This document shows, piece after piece, positions 51,281-61,847 of a stretch of DNA of 64,000 nucleotides. The position numbers and the translations under genes were made by a program. Each line of letters opens with the position of its first letter. Positions within the stretch are counted from its first letter, which is position 1. The stretch covers positions 675,061 through 739,060 of the forward strand of contig CBDBJQ010000006.1 in NCBI GenBank assembly GCA_965206405.1. The letters run 5' to 3'. The DNA is from Alphaproteobacteria bacterium. Lineage in GTDB: Bacteria > Pseudomonadota > Alphaproteobacteria > UBA8366. The notes under the pieces are model-generated. The model saw nothing but the letters and a program-made list of their open reading frames with translations. It was not told the DNA's origin and made no database searches.

Positions 51281-51290
51281 GACCGGCACG

Positions 51291-51318
51291 GCGGCGCCCG
51301 TTGGCACGCCGCTTTTTT
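51291..51318 (+). terminator. rho-independent terminator after gapR
   Basis: GCGGCG (51291-96) pairs with CGCCGC (51307-12) around a 10-nt loop and is followed by TTTTTT (51313-18). Confidence 0.7.
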
Positions 51319-51342
51319 GCCTGTGGTTTCTTTGTCTGCCCC

Positions 51343-51669
51343 CTATTCGTCTGCCGCCATTGAACTGCGGAGCTGCGTGAGCTGCTCGGGCGAAGCCTGG
51401 CCCTGGTGTTTTTTCTTCCACTCCGCGTAAGGCATGCCGTAGACGATCTCGCGCACGTCCTCATACTCGAGGCCGATCCCGCGCTCCTCGGCTGCTGCCT
51501 TGTACCATTTCGAGAGGCAGTTCCTGCAGAATCCGGACAGGTTCATCAGGTCGATGTTCTGAACGTCGGTACGTTCTCGCAGATGATCAACCAGCGTGCG
51601 GAAGGCCGCGGCCTCGAGTTCGGTGCGTGTTTTGTCGTCGATCGCGGGAGGTGTGGACGGGGCGGTCAT
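51343..51669 (-). CDS. DUF1244 domain protein
   Basis: 108 aa; ...FRTLVDHLRERTDVQNIDLMNLSGFCRNCLSKWY... matches the DUF1244 family as I remember it. Confidence 0.75.
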   Translation of the reverse strand: MTAPSTPPAIDDKTRTELEAAAFRTLVDHLRERTDVQNIDLMNLSGFCRNCLSKWYKAAAEERGIGLEYEDVREIVYGMPYAEWKKKHQGQASPEQLTQLRSSMAADE

Positions 51670-51833
51670 GGGATCGGTCTCCGGTCAGCCTGAGGCGGAC
51701 ATCGCCGCCTCGTCGATACCAGTATGATGGCGATATCGTGGCTGTGCGGCAAGCCGGGAAACCCCGGGCCGGCGCAGGCAGGGACGCTCAGAAACGTGCA
51801 GAGATGCGCTGAACCCCGTGACCGGCCGGATTT

Positions 51834-52652
51834 TCAGGTGTCGGCGTCCCGGGACAGTGTCGGATCGGACAGCGCCGCCTCGAGATGGTCGGCGAGAAGC
51901 CGGGCCCAGCGTGTCGTGCCCGCCTCGTCCTGGAGCAGGTCCTGGCGCACCTCGATGAGGACATTGGGGATCCCGGCGGCGACAGCGTGGGTCTGGATCG
52001 TGTAACCGCGGGCGCTGGCGCCCGAATAGGGCTTGTTGTCGCCGACAACGACGTCCGGTATCTCCGCGAGATCGGCAAGCAGCCGGTCAGCGAAGCGACG
52101 ATCGGCATCCGAGGAGAGGATGCCGAGATGCCAGGGACGGTCGTAACCGTCCATGTGCGGGGTGTAGCTGTGCAGGGAGATCAGGGCCGGTGCCGCGTTC
52201 ACTGCCTGCCGCTGCCGAAGGAGATCATCGAGAGCGTCGTGATAGGGAGTGAATATCTCCTTGATCCGCGCATCCCGATCCTTGACTCCGAGATCGGCGT
52301 TCCCCGGGACCGCAACCCCGTCGCTGACAGCGCAGATCGAGGTCGAATCCTCGATGCTGCGGTTGCAGTCGATCACAAGGCGGCTGTAGTTGGCGAGAAT
52401 GGCGGTGGTGTTGAGCAGGGATGCGATCTGGGTGACCAACCCGAGAATGCCGATGTCATAGGCGATGTGCTGGCCAAGCTCGGCCGGGCCAAGACCGAGA
52501 GTGCCCAGTGCGCGCGGGATCGCAACGCCGGCATGGTCGCAACAGATCAGGTGGCGCGGGTCCCCGTCGGGATTGACGATGTCGAAAGCGGGCGGATCAC
52601 CGGGGCCGATCAGCTCTGGCGCACGCGGTTCCTGTTCTGGGGATGCCAGCAT
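51834..52652 (-). CDS. N-formylglutamate amidohydrolase (FGase) family protein
   Basis: 272 aa; ...HLICCDHAGVAIP...NYSRLVIDCNR...ISLHSYTP... is typical of the FGase family. Confidence 0.75.
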   Translation of the reverse strand: MLASPEQEPRAPELIGPGDPPAFDIVNPDGDPRHLICCDHAGVAIPRALGTLGLGPAELGQHIAYDIGILGLVTQIASLLNTTAILANYSRLVIDCNRSIEDSTSICAVSDGVAVPGNADLGVKDRDARIKEIFTPYHDALDDLLRQRQAVNAAPALISLHSYTPHMDGYDRPWHLGILSSDADRRFADRLLADLAEIPDVVVGDNKPYSGASARGYTIQTHAVAAGIPNVLIEVRQDLLQDEAGTTRWARLLADHLEAALSDPTLSRDADT

Positions 52653-52769
52653 GACCGGGAGACTATATTGCGCTATCCGGCAACGTCCACGCCTCTCTGC
52701 TCTCGCTTCTTCTCTCTCGCTTCCCCGGGCTGGCCATCTGACGGACCCAGGCTATCCTCTTCGGCTGTC

Positions 52770-53339
52770 ATGAACGGTGCTTCGACGATTTCGCCGCCTG
52801 CTGCTGGCCATCGCTATCCTGTTGCAAGTTTGCGGGGGGATTATGTGCGGGCTGTGATCGGCATGCTGGTCACTGGACCGTTGCTGATTGGCGCCAGCGC
52901 AGTACCGGTGGCTTTTGTGATCGCTCTCGTCGTTTTCCTGATGTTTCTCGGCTTCGTGCTCCAGACCCTGTGGCGTCAGTTCACGGTGATCACGGTCGAG
53001 GAGCGCGGTCTTATCGTCTCCGGGCCGTGGGTTCGCCGCATGGCCTGGGGTGATATTCGCAAGGTTCGTCTGAAGTACTTTTCGACCAAGAAAAGCCGGA
53101 CCGAAGGCTGGATGGAGATGATCCTCCAGGGTGACGGTCGCCGAAAGTTGCGCATTGGCTCGAATCTTGAGGGTTTTGACGAGGTGGCCACAGCCGTTGC
53201 CCGAAACGTCGAGGCGCATGGCGTGGTCATCGACGAGATCAGCGTTGAGAACTTTAACGGACTCGGCATCGAGACGAAGTCGCCAGGCTTGCCCGAAGCG
53301 GCAAAAAAGGTGAACATCCAGCCCCCTTCCGAATTCTGA
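52770..53339 (+). CDS. hypothetical membrane protein (two predicted TM helices)
   Basis: Start at internal ATG 52770 (MNGASTIS...). The hydrophobic stretch is VIGMLVTGPLLIGASAVPVAFVIALVVFLMFLGFVL. The upstream part of the 484-aa track ORF is antisense shadow of the FGase gene. I recognise no family. Confidence 0.5.
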   Translation: MNGASTISPPAAGHRYPVASLRGDYVRAVIGMLVTGPLLIGASAVPVAFVIALVVFLMFLGFVLQTLWRQFTVITVEERGLIVSGPWVRRMAWGDIRKVRLKYFSTKKSRTEGWMEMILQGDGRRKLRIGSNLEGFDEVATAVARNVEAHGVVIDEISVENFNGLGIETKSPGLPEAAKKVNIQPPSEF

Positions 53340-53454
53340 AAGCGGCGGCCGGAGGCACCGAAGAACCTCGTTGCGGCTTTGAAGCAGCGAGGCATGATTG
53401 ATACTGTCCCGGCACCGTTGCCGGGTTGCCGGCCTGACGCGGGAAGGGGTATTC

Positions 53455-55044
53455 ATGGCGGTCTACGATTATGTTGTCGTCGGCGCAGGGTCGGCCGGTT
53501 GTGTCATTGCCGGACGCCTGACCAAGGATCCGAACGTCTCGGTATTGCTACTCGAGGCCGGTGGACCGGACAGGAATCTGTGGATTCACGTTCCGGCCGG
53601 CTACATGAAGACGATGTCGGATCCTGGTGTGAACTGGCTCTTCGACAGCGAACCCGAGGAAAACACCTACAATCGCTCGATCCCGATCCCTCGCGGCAAG
53701 GTCATCGGTGGGTCGAGCTCGATCAATGGCATGCTCTATGTGCGCGGGCAGGCCCGGGACTACGATATCTGGGCCCAGCTCGGAAACCGCGGCTGGTCCT
53801 ATGAGGACGTGCTACCGTATTTTCGCAAATCAGAGCATCGCGAGAACAACACTTCTTCTTATCACGGCACTGGCGGCCCGCTGAACGTCACCGATCTGCA
53901 GGACACCCATCCGATTCTTGATGCCATGCTCGATGCTGCCGAGCAAGCGGGATATCCGCGCAATCCCGACTACAACGGCGCTAGCCAGGAAGGCTTCTGC
54001 TATTACCAGGTCACCCAGAAGAACGGCCGTCGCTGGAGCACCAAGCGGGCCTTTCTCGACCCCGCCCGCCGTCGTCCCAACCTGCGCATCGTCACCAACG
54101 CCCAAGCGACCGAAATCTTGTTTGAGGGCAGCCGCGCCGTTGGCGTTTCCTATGAGGTTCATGGCTTTGCGCGTGCGGCGCGTGCGGCCAAAGAGGTGAT
54201 TCTTTGCGCCGGGGCGGTGCAATCGCCGCAGTTGCTCGAACTCTCTGGCGTCGGTGACCCCGAGATTCTCGGCAATCACGGAATCTCCGTGCGGCACGGT
54301 CTGCCGGGAGTCGGCGAGAACTACCAGGATCACTACATCAGCCGCCTTCAGTGGAAAGTGAGGGAGTCGATCACGCTCAACGAGCAGACGCGCGGTATCC
54401 GGCTGGTCGGGCAGATTCTCAAATACGCCGTCTCGGGAGGCGGCGCGCTCAGTATGCCGGGCGGCATCGTCGGCGGTTTCGTGCGCACTCGGCCCGAGCT
54501 CGAGACCCCGGACGTCCAGTACCATGCGGCACATGCCAGCTTTGAGGATCCGAAGAAGCGGATTCTCGATTCACATCCGGGCATGACGATGGGTCCCTGT
54601 CAGCTTCGGCCCGAAAGCCGGGGCTCGATCCATATCCGCTCTGCTGACCCTTATGCAGCACCTGCGATCCGGCCTAATTTTCTCGCCGAGCAGACCGACA
54701 GGGATGCCCATGTTGCCGGTCTCAGGATCGCCCGCAAGATCATCGAATCGCCGGCCATGCATCGCTTCCGGGAATCGGAAATTCTGCCGGGGCCGGATTG
54801 CCGGAGCGATGACGAGCTCCTCGATCATGCCCGGCGAACCGGCGCGACGGTCTATCATCCGGCCGGGACCTGCAAAATGGGGGATGACCCGATGGCAGTC
54901 GTTGACAGCGAGTTGCGCGTCCATGGCTTGCATGGGCTTCGCGTGGTCGACGCTTCGGTGATGCCGCGCCTGGTTTCGGGCAACACCAATGCGCCGACAA
55001 TAATGATTGCGGAAAAGGCGGCTGATATGATTCAGGTGGCCTAA
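53455..55044 (+). CDS. GMC family oxidoreductase (choline/alcohol dehydrogenase-like)
   Basis: Start at ATG 53455: [25 protein letters not shown] signatures include [14 protein letters not shown] and the C-terminal ...HPAGTCKMG...VVDASVMP. Confidence 0.9.
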   Translation: MAVYDYVVVGAGSAGCVIAGRLTKDPNVSVLLLEAGGPDRNLWIHVPAGYMKTMSDPGVNWLFDSEPEENTYNRSIPIPRGKVIGGSSSINGMLYVRGQARDYDIWAQLGNRGWSYEDVLPYFRKSEHRENNTSSYHGTGGPLNVTDLQDTHPILDAMLDAAEQAGYPRNPDYNGASQEGFCYYQVTQKNGRRWSTKRAFLDPARRRPNLRIVTNAQATEILFEGSRAVGVSYEVHGFARAARAAKEVILCAGAVQSPQLLELSGVGDPEILGNHGISVRHGLPGVGENYQDHYISRLQWKVRESITLNEQTRGIRLVGQILKYAVSGGGALSMPGGIVGGFVRTRPELETPDVQYHAAHASFEDPKKRILDSHPGMTMGPCQLRPESRGSIHIRSADPYAAPAIRPNFLAEQTDRDAHVAGLRIARKIIESPAMHRFRESEILPGPDCRSDDELLDHARRTGATVYHPAGTCKMGDDPMAVVDSELRVHGLHGLRVVDASVMPRLVSGNTNAPTIMIAEKAADMIQVA

Positions 55045-55241
55045 TCCGGGTGATCTTAGTCTGTTACATAGCGGCTGCCGCAGGATCTGGTGCGGTATCC
55101 GGCGCCGTTGTATCCGCCGGACTCCCCTGCCATCATGTCGGGAGTGCAAATCGGGGCGCAAAACACACTAGGCCAGGGTTTGGGGTCAAGGTTTGAGGCC
55201 GAGGTTAAGACCAGGGCCTGGCGGCCAAAAGGAGCGAGAGA

Positions 55242-55682
55242 ATGTTGAACTGGAAGGAAATCAGCGCGGAAGAGGCGGAGGCGGATCCAAACTACGGATT
55301 CGGTGGCTGGCTGATGGTGTTCTACGTCCTGATCGTGCTGTGGTGTCTGCACGGCGCTTGGACCCTGCTGTTCGATCCGGATCTGTCGCTGACCCGATCT
55401 TACGGCTACACCAATCTGAAAATCATCAAACTTTCCAGTTTCTTCCAGATTCTGTTCGCCTTGCCGTTCCTCTACCTGGTCGTGCGCCGTCAGCACATCA
55501 TGCCGAGTGTCGGCATCGCCTGCTTCTCGACCAACTGGATGGCATGGTTCGCTCTCGGGATGATTGTGCCCGAGGCACCGTTGCCTTCGATCGTGGTATC
55601 GGTGCTGACTCTGGTGATTATTCTGTATCTCAGGCGGTCAAACCGGGTCAACGTCACTTTCCTGTCTCGCCGCCTCGCCTGA
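55242..55682 (+). CDS. small polytopic membrane protein (DUF2569-like)
   Basis: 146 aa with about 4 hydrophobic helices. The family assignment is from memory only. Confidence 0.5.
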   Translation: MLNWKEISAEEAEADPNYGFGGWLMVFYVLIVLWCLHGAWTLLFDPDLSLTRSYGYTNLKIIKLSSFFQILFALPFLYLVVRRQHIMPSVGIACFSTNWMAWFALGMIVPEAPLPSIVVSVLTLVIILYLRRSNRVNVTFLSRRLA

Positions 55683-55704
55683 CAGCCGTACCCACCGCGA
55701 CAAC

Positions 55705-57168
55705 ATGACGGCTCTGCGTCCGCTGTTTTCTCTGCGCTTGCCGTTCTTCCTGCGCTCGCTGCCCTCGTTGCTGCGTCTGGCTACTGTCGTGGCAACCCTG
55801 GTGATCTCGCTCGCCGTCCCGGCCCAGAGCGAGACCCTTGATGCGGTGTTGCGCGACATGCTGGCGTCCAATCCAACCCTTGCCGCCGCCGCCCGCCAAG
55901 TGCGGGCGCAAAATGAGGCGATTCCGCAGGCATTGTCCGCCTTCCTGCCGTCGGCAACGTTGCGCGGCGGGATCGGTCGCACCGAACTCCGCTATTCCGG
56001 AGAGACGTCGCTGGCGGAGAACGATATCGATGTCGGCACCCAAACCATCGAGCTCGAGGCGCGTCTCAATCTGTTCCGTTCAGGCGCCGATGCGGCGACG
56101 CTGCGCGCACAGGGTTTGCGTGCCGACGAGGCGCTCGACGCCTATGAGGATCTGCGCCAGGAACTTCTCGTGGAGACCGCCGCCGTCTATCTCGATCTGG
56201 ATTTGACCGCCCGTACGGTCACCTGGCGTGAGGTGAACAGGACTGCCATCGCCGGCCGCCTTGAGATTACGCGCCGGCGCCAGGAGGTCGGCGTATCCAC
56301 GCTCGGCGACCTCGAACAGGTTCGGGCAAGGCTCGCTCTGGCGGATGCCGAACTGGTTGACGCCGAGGGTAGAAAGGCCGTCGCGGTGGCGGTGTTCGAA
56401 CAGCTGGTCGGGCGTCCCCCTGGCGTACTCGAGGATGTGCCACCACCGCCTGGGCTGCCGGCTTCGCTCGAAGAAGCGTTGGCTCGGGCGGCCGTCGGCA
56501 ACCGGGTTCTCCGCGCGGCATCCCGGGCCGCTGATGCCGCCGAGGAGCGGCGAAAGGCTGCCCTGCGCAGGATCGGTCCCAGTCTTGATGCCCTGGCGCG
56601 CTGGGAGCGCCGTTTTCTCGATACTCGCACATACACCACCAACATCGTGACTGGCGATCCGAACCGGGATTCGCGGCGTGGCGAATTCACGATTGGCCTG
56701 CAGGCGGAACTGCCCTTGTATACCGGCGGCCTGCAAGGCGCGCGGGTGCGTCAGGCCCGCGAGGAGGCGGCGCATCTCGGCTTGTTGCGTGCCGCGTCCC
56801 GCCGCGCTGTCGAGCGTGGGGTTGTTTCCGCCTGGCGAAGCCTACTGGCGTCACGGGAGCGCAGGCGATCCCTCGACAGGGCGGTCGAGGCACTGGTGAC
56901 GGCGGAGCGGAATGTAGAGCAGGAGGTCGAGGTTGGCCGCCGTCTCGTTGTGGACCTTCTCGACGCCAAGGCCGAGTTGATCGACTCCCGGGTCCTGCGG
57001 CGCCGTGCTGCGCGCGACGAGATCTACTGGAGCTACGCGCTGTTGCGCCTGACCGGTGATCTGGGATCCGGGATCTCGGGCGGTGAGGATTCGGTGGGCA
57101 ATCTGCGGGACCACCGGCGCCGGGCTGATCGCGCTGTCGCGCCGGCGATATTTGAACTGGGTCGGTAG
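55705..57168 (+). CDS. TolC family outer-membrane efflux protein
   Basis: 487 aa with a signal peptide ending AVPAQSETL and duplicated OEP repeats (...NPTLAAAARQVRAQNEAIPQA...). The stop TAG at 57166-68 lies in the first unit of a 14-bp repeat. Confidence 0.85.
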   Translation: MTALRPLFSLRLPFFLRSLPSLLRLATVVATLVISLAVPAQSETLDAVLRDMLASNPTLAAAARQVRAQNEAIPQALSAFLPSATLRGGIGRTELRYSGETSLAENDIDVGTQTIELEARLNLFRSGADAATLRAQGLRADEALDAYEDLRQELLVETAAVYLDLDLTARTVTWREVNRTAIAGRLEITRRRQEVGVSTLGDLEQVRARLALADAELVDAEGRKAVAVAVFEQLVGRPPGVLEDVPPPPGLPASLEEALARAAVGNRVLRAASRAADAAEERRKAALRRIGPSLDALARWERRFLDTRTYTTNIVTGDPNRDSRRGEFTIGLQAELPLYTGGLQGARVRQAREEAAHLGLLRAASRRAVERGVVSAWRSLLASRERRRSLDRAVEALVTAERNVEQEVEVGRRLVVDLLDAKAELIDSRVLRRRAARDEIYWSYALLRLTGDLGSGISGGEDSVGNLRDHRRRADRAVAPAIFELGR

Positions 57169-57207
57169 CGCGTTCCCGCTAGCGTTCCCCAGCTAGCGCG
57201 TTTCGGC
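57166..57207. repeat. degenerate 14-bp tandem repeat x3 (tagcgcgttcccgc / tagcgttccccagc / tagcgcgtttcggc)
   Basis: Read directly. Unit 1 supplies the TolC stop (TAG 57166-68). The junction of units 2 and 3 supplies the stop of the convergent minus-strand gene (cta, 57193-95). Confidence 0.8.
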
Positions 57208-60200
57208 GACGGCCGGAGAATTCCCAGTTGGCAAATCTCCGGTCGGCGAATCCACTGAATTCGATACCAGGGCCGCCTCGAGGATACGGACGACATGCAG
57301 TGCCTGCCTGCCGGTTCCATCCCGGATCTGCTGGCGGCAACTGGTGCCGTCGGCGATGAGCAGGGTGTCGTCGTCGGCTTCACGAATCCGCGGCAGCAGT
57401 GACAGCTCCCCCATCTGCATCGATACGTCATGGGTTTCGGCCTGATAGCCGAAGGCGCCGGCCATGCCGCAGCAACTCGAGACCACGGTTTCGGTTTCGA
57501 GATCGGGGATCAATCCAAGGGTGCGTTCGATCGCCGGCATCGCGGAGAACGCCTTCTGGTGACAATGGCCGTGCAATAGGGCTTTCGCGGCGCCGGGTGC
57601 GCGCAGGGGGAGATCAAGGCGTCCGGCCTCCGCTTCCCGGGCGATGAATTCCTCGAACAACAAAACTTTGCCAGCGGCTTCGGCGGCCGGGTCATCTCGC
57701 AGCAGGGCCGGGAATTCGTCGCGTAGGGTCAGGGTGCAGGAGGGTTCGAGCCCGACCACCGGCATGCCGGCGGCAATGTGTCGCTCGAGGATACGGGCGG
57801 TGCGCCATGCTTCCGCCGCCGCCTCCTCGATCAGCCCGGCACTGAGGAAAGTGCGTCCGCAGCAGAGCGGACGCTCCCGATCGGGCGGAAGAATGGTGTG
57901 GACGCGATATCCGGCGGCTTCGAGGACCCGTTCGGCGGCGCGCAGGTTCTCCGGCTCGAAATAGAGGCTGAAGGTATCGGGCAGAAGGGCAATGTCGCGA
58001 TCGCCAATAGCTTCGGCGGCTTCGGTGCTGGAGGTAAGGGCGGACCGGCGGTGCGGCCTGTAGCGGTCGCGCCGCCAGCGTGGCAGTGGTCGCGCGGCGC
58101 TGAAACCGAGAATACGCTCGCTGAGTGCAGCGAGGCCGGGAATGCCGTCCCGAAGATTGAGGAGCGGCCCGAGCGTGCGCGCGAGCGGCGCATAGCGCGG
58201 CAGCCAGGCGATCAGCCGGTCGCGTATTGAAAGACCGTGCCGGAGGCGGTGGTGGTGCAGGAATTCGATCTTCATGCGGGCCATATCGACGCCGGTCGGG
58301 CATTCGCGCCGGCACCCCTTGCACCCGACGCACAGCGCCATTGTCTCGCGCATCTCTTCGGAGGTCAGGGCGTCGGGACCGAGCTGGCCCGATAACGCCA
58401 GGCGCAAGCTGTTGGCGCGGCCGCGCACCAGATGTTTTTCCTCTTTCGTTGCCCGGTAGGAAGGGCACATCACACCAGCGTCGAACTTGCGGCAGGCGCC
58501 GTTGTTGTTGCACATCTCGACAGCGCCGGCGAAGCCGCCCCATGGCGACCAGTCAAGCGCTTCGCCGCCATTAGTTTCGCCACTATCGACCTTGCTGCCA
58601 TTGACCGCGATGCCGGCGCGGTAGCCAGGGCGGTAGCGGAACAGGCTGCGATCGTCCATTCGCGGCGGCCGAACGATCTTGCCCGGGTTCATCAACCCGG
58701 CGGGATCGAACAACGTTTTCACTTCCTCGAAATTACCGACCATTTGATTGCCGAACATCGCCCGATGGAACTCGGAGCGCACGAGGCCGTCGCCGTGCTC
58801 CCCGGAATGCGATCCCTTGTACTCGCGGACCATGGCGAAGGCTTCCTCGGCGATGGCCCGCATCGTCCCAACGCCTTCAGGCTGTTTCAGGTTGATGACC
58901 GGGCGTACATGGAGACAGCCGACCGAGGCGTGGGCGTACCAGGTGCCCTGGACGCCGTGCCGTTCGAACACCGCGGTCAGGCGGTCCGTATAGTCGGCAA
59001 GATCCTCGAGCGCGACGGCGCAATCCTCAATAAAGGAGACCGGCTTTCCGTCCCCCTTCATCGACATCATGATATTGAGGCCAGCCTTGCGGACGTCCCA
59101 GAACTCCCGCTGGCCGGCCGGTTCGGTTTCGCGGACGACTGCGCCGGGGAATCCGAGGTCGCCCATCAGTGTCTCCAAGGCATCGAGATCGGCGGCGAGC
59201 GTTGCGGCATCCTCGCCAGAAAACTCGACCAGGAGCAGTGATTCCGGCTCCCCGCGCACGAATTTTTCGATTGTCGGGCGGAACAGCGGGATGCCGCGGG
59301 CGAGGTCCAGCATGGTGCGATCGATGAGTTCGACGGCAGCGGGTTTGAGAGCGACGATGTGGCGGGTTGCTTCCATCGCTGCACGGAACGTTGGGAAATG
59401 GCAGATCCCGAGTACCCGGTGGGCGGGTGTTCGGTGCAGGCGAAGCGTCAGGCGGGTCGAAAAAGCGAGCGTGCCCTCCGAACCGACCAAGAGATGGGCG
59501 AGATTGGGTGCGCTGCCGCCCGGCTGGTTCGAAGCTCCCGAGATCAACGCATCGATGTTGTAGCCACCAACCCGCCGCATCAGGCGTGGGAAGCGCTTGA
59601 GAATCTCGTCGCGCTCGCGCACACCGAGCGCGAGCAACGCTGCGGGCAGATCGGGATGGCTAGCAGTAGCAGTAGCGGCAGAAAATTCCGAAGATCCGGA
59701 AGAGGATGCGAGCGGGCGCGAATCCTCATCGAAACGCCAGGGATTGCCATCGGCGAGCAGCGCGTCGATGGAGAGGACGTTGTCGCGCATCGTGCCGTAG
59801 CGGATCGATCGGGCGCCGCAGCTGTTGTTGCCGGCCATGCCGCCGATGGTCGCCCTGCTGGCGGTCGATACATCGACCATAAACATGAAGCCATGGGGGG
59901 CGAGGAAGGCGTTGAGTTGGTCGAGGGCGATGCCCGGCTCGACCGTTACCGTTTCGGCTTCGGTATCGAGAGCGATGATGGAATCAAGATGCCGGCTGAC
60001 ATCGACGACGAGCGCCTCGCCAACGGTCTGGCCGCATTGCGATGTGCCGCCGCCGCGGGGCAGCATGGGAATGTCCTGTTCGCCCGCGATCTGCATCGCG
60101 GTACGGATGTCCTCGGCGTGGCGCGGAACGACAACGCCGATCGGTTCGATCTGGTAGTGCGACGCGTCGGTCGAGTAGCGGCCGCGGCTGAAGGCGTCGA

Positions 60201-60300
60201 ACAAAACCTCACCCTCGATCTCCTGGCTCAGGCGGGCGGCGAGGGCGCTGTCGCCGATGGCGTGGCCGGTATTAATGAGAGGCGGGTATCGGGATGTCAT
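57193..60300 (-). CDS. FAD-binding (GlcD-like) plus Fe-S (GlcF-like) fused dehydrogenase, YdiJ-like
   Basis: Start at internal ATG 60300 (MTSRYPPLINTG). It has an FAD_binding_4 N-terminus (PRGGGTSQCGQ), 4Fe-4S motifs (CVGCKGCRRECP) and C-terminal CCG repeats. About 1035 aa, like E. coli YdiJ-type D-2-hydroxyacid dehydrogenases. Confidence 0.85.
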   Translation of the reverse strand: MTSRYPPLINTGHAIGDSALAARLSQEIEGEVLFDAFSRGRYSTDASHYQIEPIGVVVPRHAEDIRTAMQIAGEQDIPMLPRGGGTSQCGQTVGEALVVDVSRHLDSIIALDTEAETVTVEPGIALDQLNAFLAPHGFMFMVDVSTASRATIGGMAGNNSCGARSIRYGTMRDNVLSIDALLADGNPWRFDEDSRPLASSSGSSEFSAATATASHPDLPAALLALGVRERDEILKRFPRLMRRVGGYNIDALISGASNQPGGSAPNLAHLLVGSEGTLAFSTRLTLRLHRTPAHRVLGICHFPTFRAAMEATRHIVALKPAAVELIDRTMLDLARGIPLFRPTIEKFVRGEPESLLLVEFSGEDAATLAADLDALETLMGDLGFPGAVVRETEPAGQREFWDVRKAGLNIMMSMKGDGKPVSFIEDCAVALEDLADYTDRLTAVFERHGVQGTWYAHASVGCLHVRPVINLKQPEGVGTMRAIAEEAFAMVREYKGSHSGEHGDGLVRSEFHRAMFGNQMVGNFEEVKTLFDPAGLMNPGKIVRPPRMDDRSLFRYRPGYRAGIAVNGSKVDSGETNGGEALDWSPWGGFAGAVEMCNNNGACRKFDAGVMCPSYRATKEEKHLVRGRANSLRLALSGQLGPDALTSEEMRETMALCVGCKGCRRECPTGVDMARMKIEFLHHHRLRHGLSIRDRLIAWLPRYAPLARTLGPLLNLRDGIPGLAALSERILGFSAARPLPRWRRDRYRPHRRSALTSSTEAAEAIGDRDIALLPDTFSLYFEPENLRAAERVLEAAGYRVHTILPPDRERPLCCGRTFLSAGLIEEAAAEAWRTARILERHIAAGMPVVGLEPSCTLTLRDEFPALLRDDPAAEAAGKVLLFEEFIAREAEAGRLDLPLRAPGAAKALLHGHCHQKAFSAMPAIERTLGLIPDLETETVVSSCCGMAGAFGYQAETHDVSMQMGELSLLPRIREADDDTLLIADGTSCRQQIRDGTGRQALHVVRILEAALVSNSVDSPTGDLPTGNSPAVAETR

Positions 60301-60425
60301 GACGGGCAACCTGCGTGCAGTTCTTCCGCCTTGCGCCAGCGAATGCAAGCGTGGTTGCGGATATGTGGGCGAGCAGCACCAATTTTTCTCGATTTTGTGC
60401 CCGATACGATGACCTTATGTCTTAG

Positions 60426-61402
60426 ACCTGATTCACAATAACATCAGGTAGCTGAGAACGGATGTATCCTTACCGATTTGGTCAGGCTGTTTTCAAATTC
60501 ATGTTTGCCAGCGCCCCGACGTTCTTGGCAATCATGTTTTCCTGCCGGTTGCCGCGGTGAGTTTCGGCAAATATTCCGAACTTTTTCATCCGGCCAATAC
60601 CGTGCTCCACGCCGATACGTAGCTTTGCGTGCCAAGCGTTGTAAGTTTTCTGTTCGTCCGTAAGGGGGTGGTTCTTTGAGGCTTTGAGCGGGATTTCAAG
60701 CGATGTTCCCAGATAACCGAGATCACCAAGTACAAGCACACCCGGTGGCTTATCCACGCGCGCCTCGTCGTAGATACGCTTGTCATGTGCGCGCCCGGGT
60801 TGCGCCGGGCCAACCGCCAGAACCCGTTTTTTGTCATCGGTGATGATCTGATGTGAGGCCGTGTGGTGCTTTTTCTTGCCGGAATACTTCGCCTTGCGAT
60901 GCGAGAGCTTTTTCGGACGTTGAACCGGACGCTCCGTGCCGTCAATCATCAGGTAAAGCAGGTCATCCCTCTCTGACGCCGACAGCCTGATCTTGCGCTC
61001 CGGCATCCGGAAATGTCCTGCCATCAATTCTGTCATGGCAGCAATCCGACGGCAAACCGTAGGGGACGAGACACCGAACAGAAGACCCATAAAGGCCTGA
61101 CTGGTATAGGTGCGATAATACATCAAGCAGAGCAGCAATTGCTCGGCAAATTCCAAACGGTAGTTCATCCCGCCACCGATCGCGCGTTGTCTGTCTTCAC
61201 GTGAAAGCCGGTGGTGCTCACGTTCAAGCCAGATCGGATGAAGAACAACAACCAATGCCTCGAAATCCTGAAGACGGATACCTGAAAGGCGGAAAAACAA
61301 ATCAGCGCGCCCCCGCAAAACCTTCAAAACCCTCATAGACAAGCCCTCACTCTCCATTGAGCCATGAACATCGCTGAAAATCGGCTATTGCGCAACAGGT
61401 TT
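60426..61402 (-). mobile_element. complete IS element (about 977 bp), IS5-superfamily with a DDE_Tnp_4 / Harbinger-like transposase
   Basis: Imperfect terminal inverted repeats: a(g)ACCTGATTCACAATAAC at 60424/6 and AAACCTGTTGCGCAATAGC (reverse complement ending at 61402), 14/19 identical. A direct repeat cttag flanks both ends (60421-25 and 61403-07). Confidence 0.8.
60482..61357 (-). CDS. IS transposase (HTH_Tnp_4 plus DDE_Tnp_4)
   Basis: 291 aa with DDE-type blocks LMIDGTERPVQRP, LGDLGYLG and VEHGIGRMKKF. Confidence 0.85.
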   Translation of the reverse strand: MESEGLSMRVLKVLRGRADLFFRLSGIRLQDFEALVVVLHPIWLEREHHRLSREDRQRAIGGGMNYRLEFAEQLLLCLMYYRTYTSQAFMGLLFGVSSPTVCRRIAAMTELMAGHFRMPERKIRLSASERDDLLYLMIDGTERPVQRPKKLSHRKAKYSGKKKHHTASHQIITDDKKRVLAVGPAQPGRAHDKRIYDEARVDKPPGVLVLGDLGYLGTSLEIPLKASKNHPLTDEQKTYNAWHAKLRIGVEHGIGRMKKFGIFAETHRGNRQENMIAKNVGALANMNLKTA

Positions 61403-61616
61403 CTTAGGTACTGGGGGATATTCCTGGTCGGCGTCTGGCCTCGGGGTGTCTCGAGGTCTTCCGTTTTTCAGAGGAGGTTTTCGACTTCCTCGCCCATTTC
61501 ACCTTGTAGGCTGCACCGCGGCTCTGGACCCAATTGAGATTTTAGATCTCGATCAGGGGTAAATAGCGTAAAATTTATATTACCCCCTCGCCTCTGATGA
61601 TTTTTTTACCTATGAT

Positions 61617-61847
61617 ATGCAACACGCCAAGGGGGCAAAAATGCCCCGTGGCGACAAAAAAGCCATCATGAGATACCCAATTCCAATCCCGCCTCTCGAA
61701 GAGCAAGCCCGCATCGTCGCCATTCTCGATAAATTCGACGCATTGGTAAACGATCTTTCCAGCGGCCTGCCCGCCGAACTCACGGCTCGCCGTCGGCAGT
61801 ACCAATATTACCGCGACAGATTACTCGAGTTTCGGGAAGCGGCCTGA
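61617..61847 (+). pseudogene. hsdS: remnant of a type I restriction-modification specificity subunit (HsdS C-terminal conserved region only)
   Basis: ...[53 protein letters not shown] is the conserved C-terminal helix region of HsdS. No target-recognition domains are left upstream. Confidence 0.65.

Noticed and set aside
51885-52769. Upstream 295 aa of the 484-aa plus-strand ORF
   Set aside because: It is antisense to the FGase-family gene. Only the distal part, from ATG 52770, looks like a real (membrane) protein.
59519-59535. tRNA-like T-arm string (ggttcgaag)
   Set aside because: It lies inside the YdiJ-like coding region, with no acceptor, D or anticodon arms around it.
61575-61805. 76-aa minus-strand ORF
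   Set aside because: It is antisense to the HsdS remnant, which has clear family similarity. The minus frame has none.
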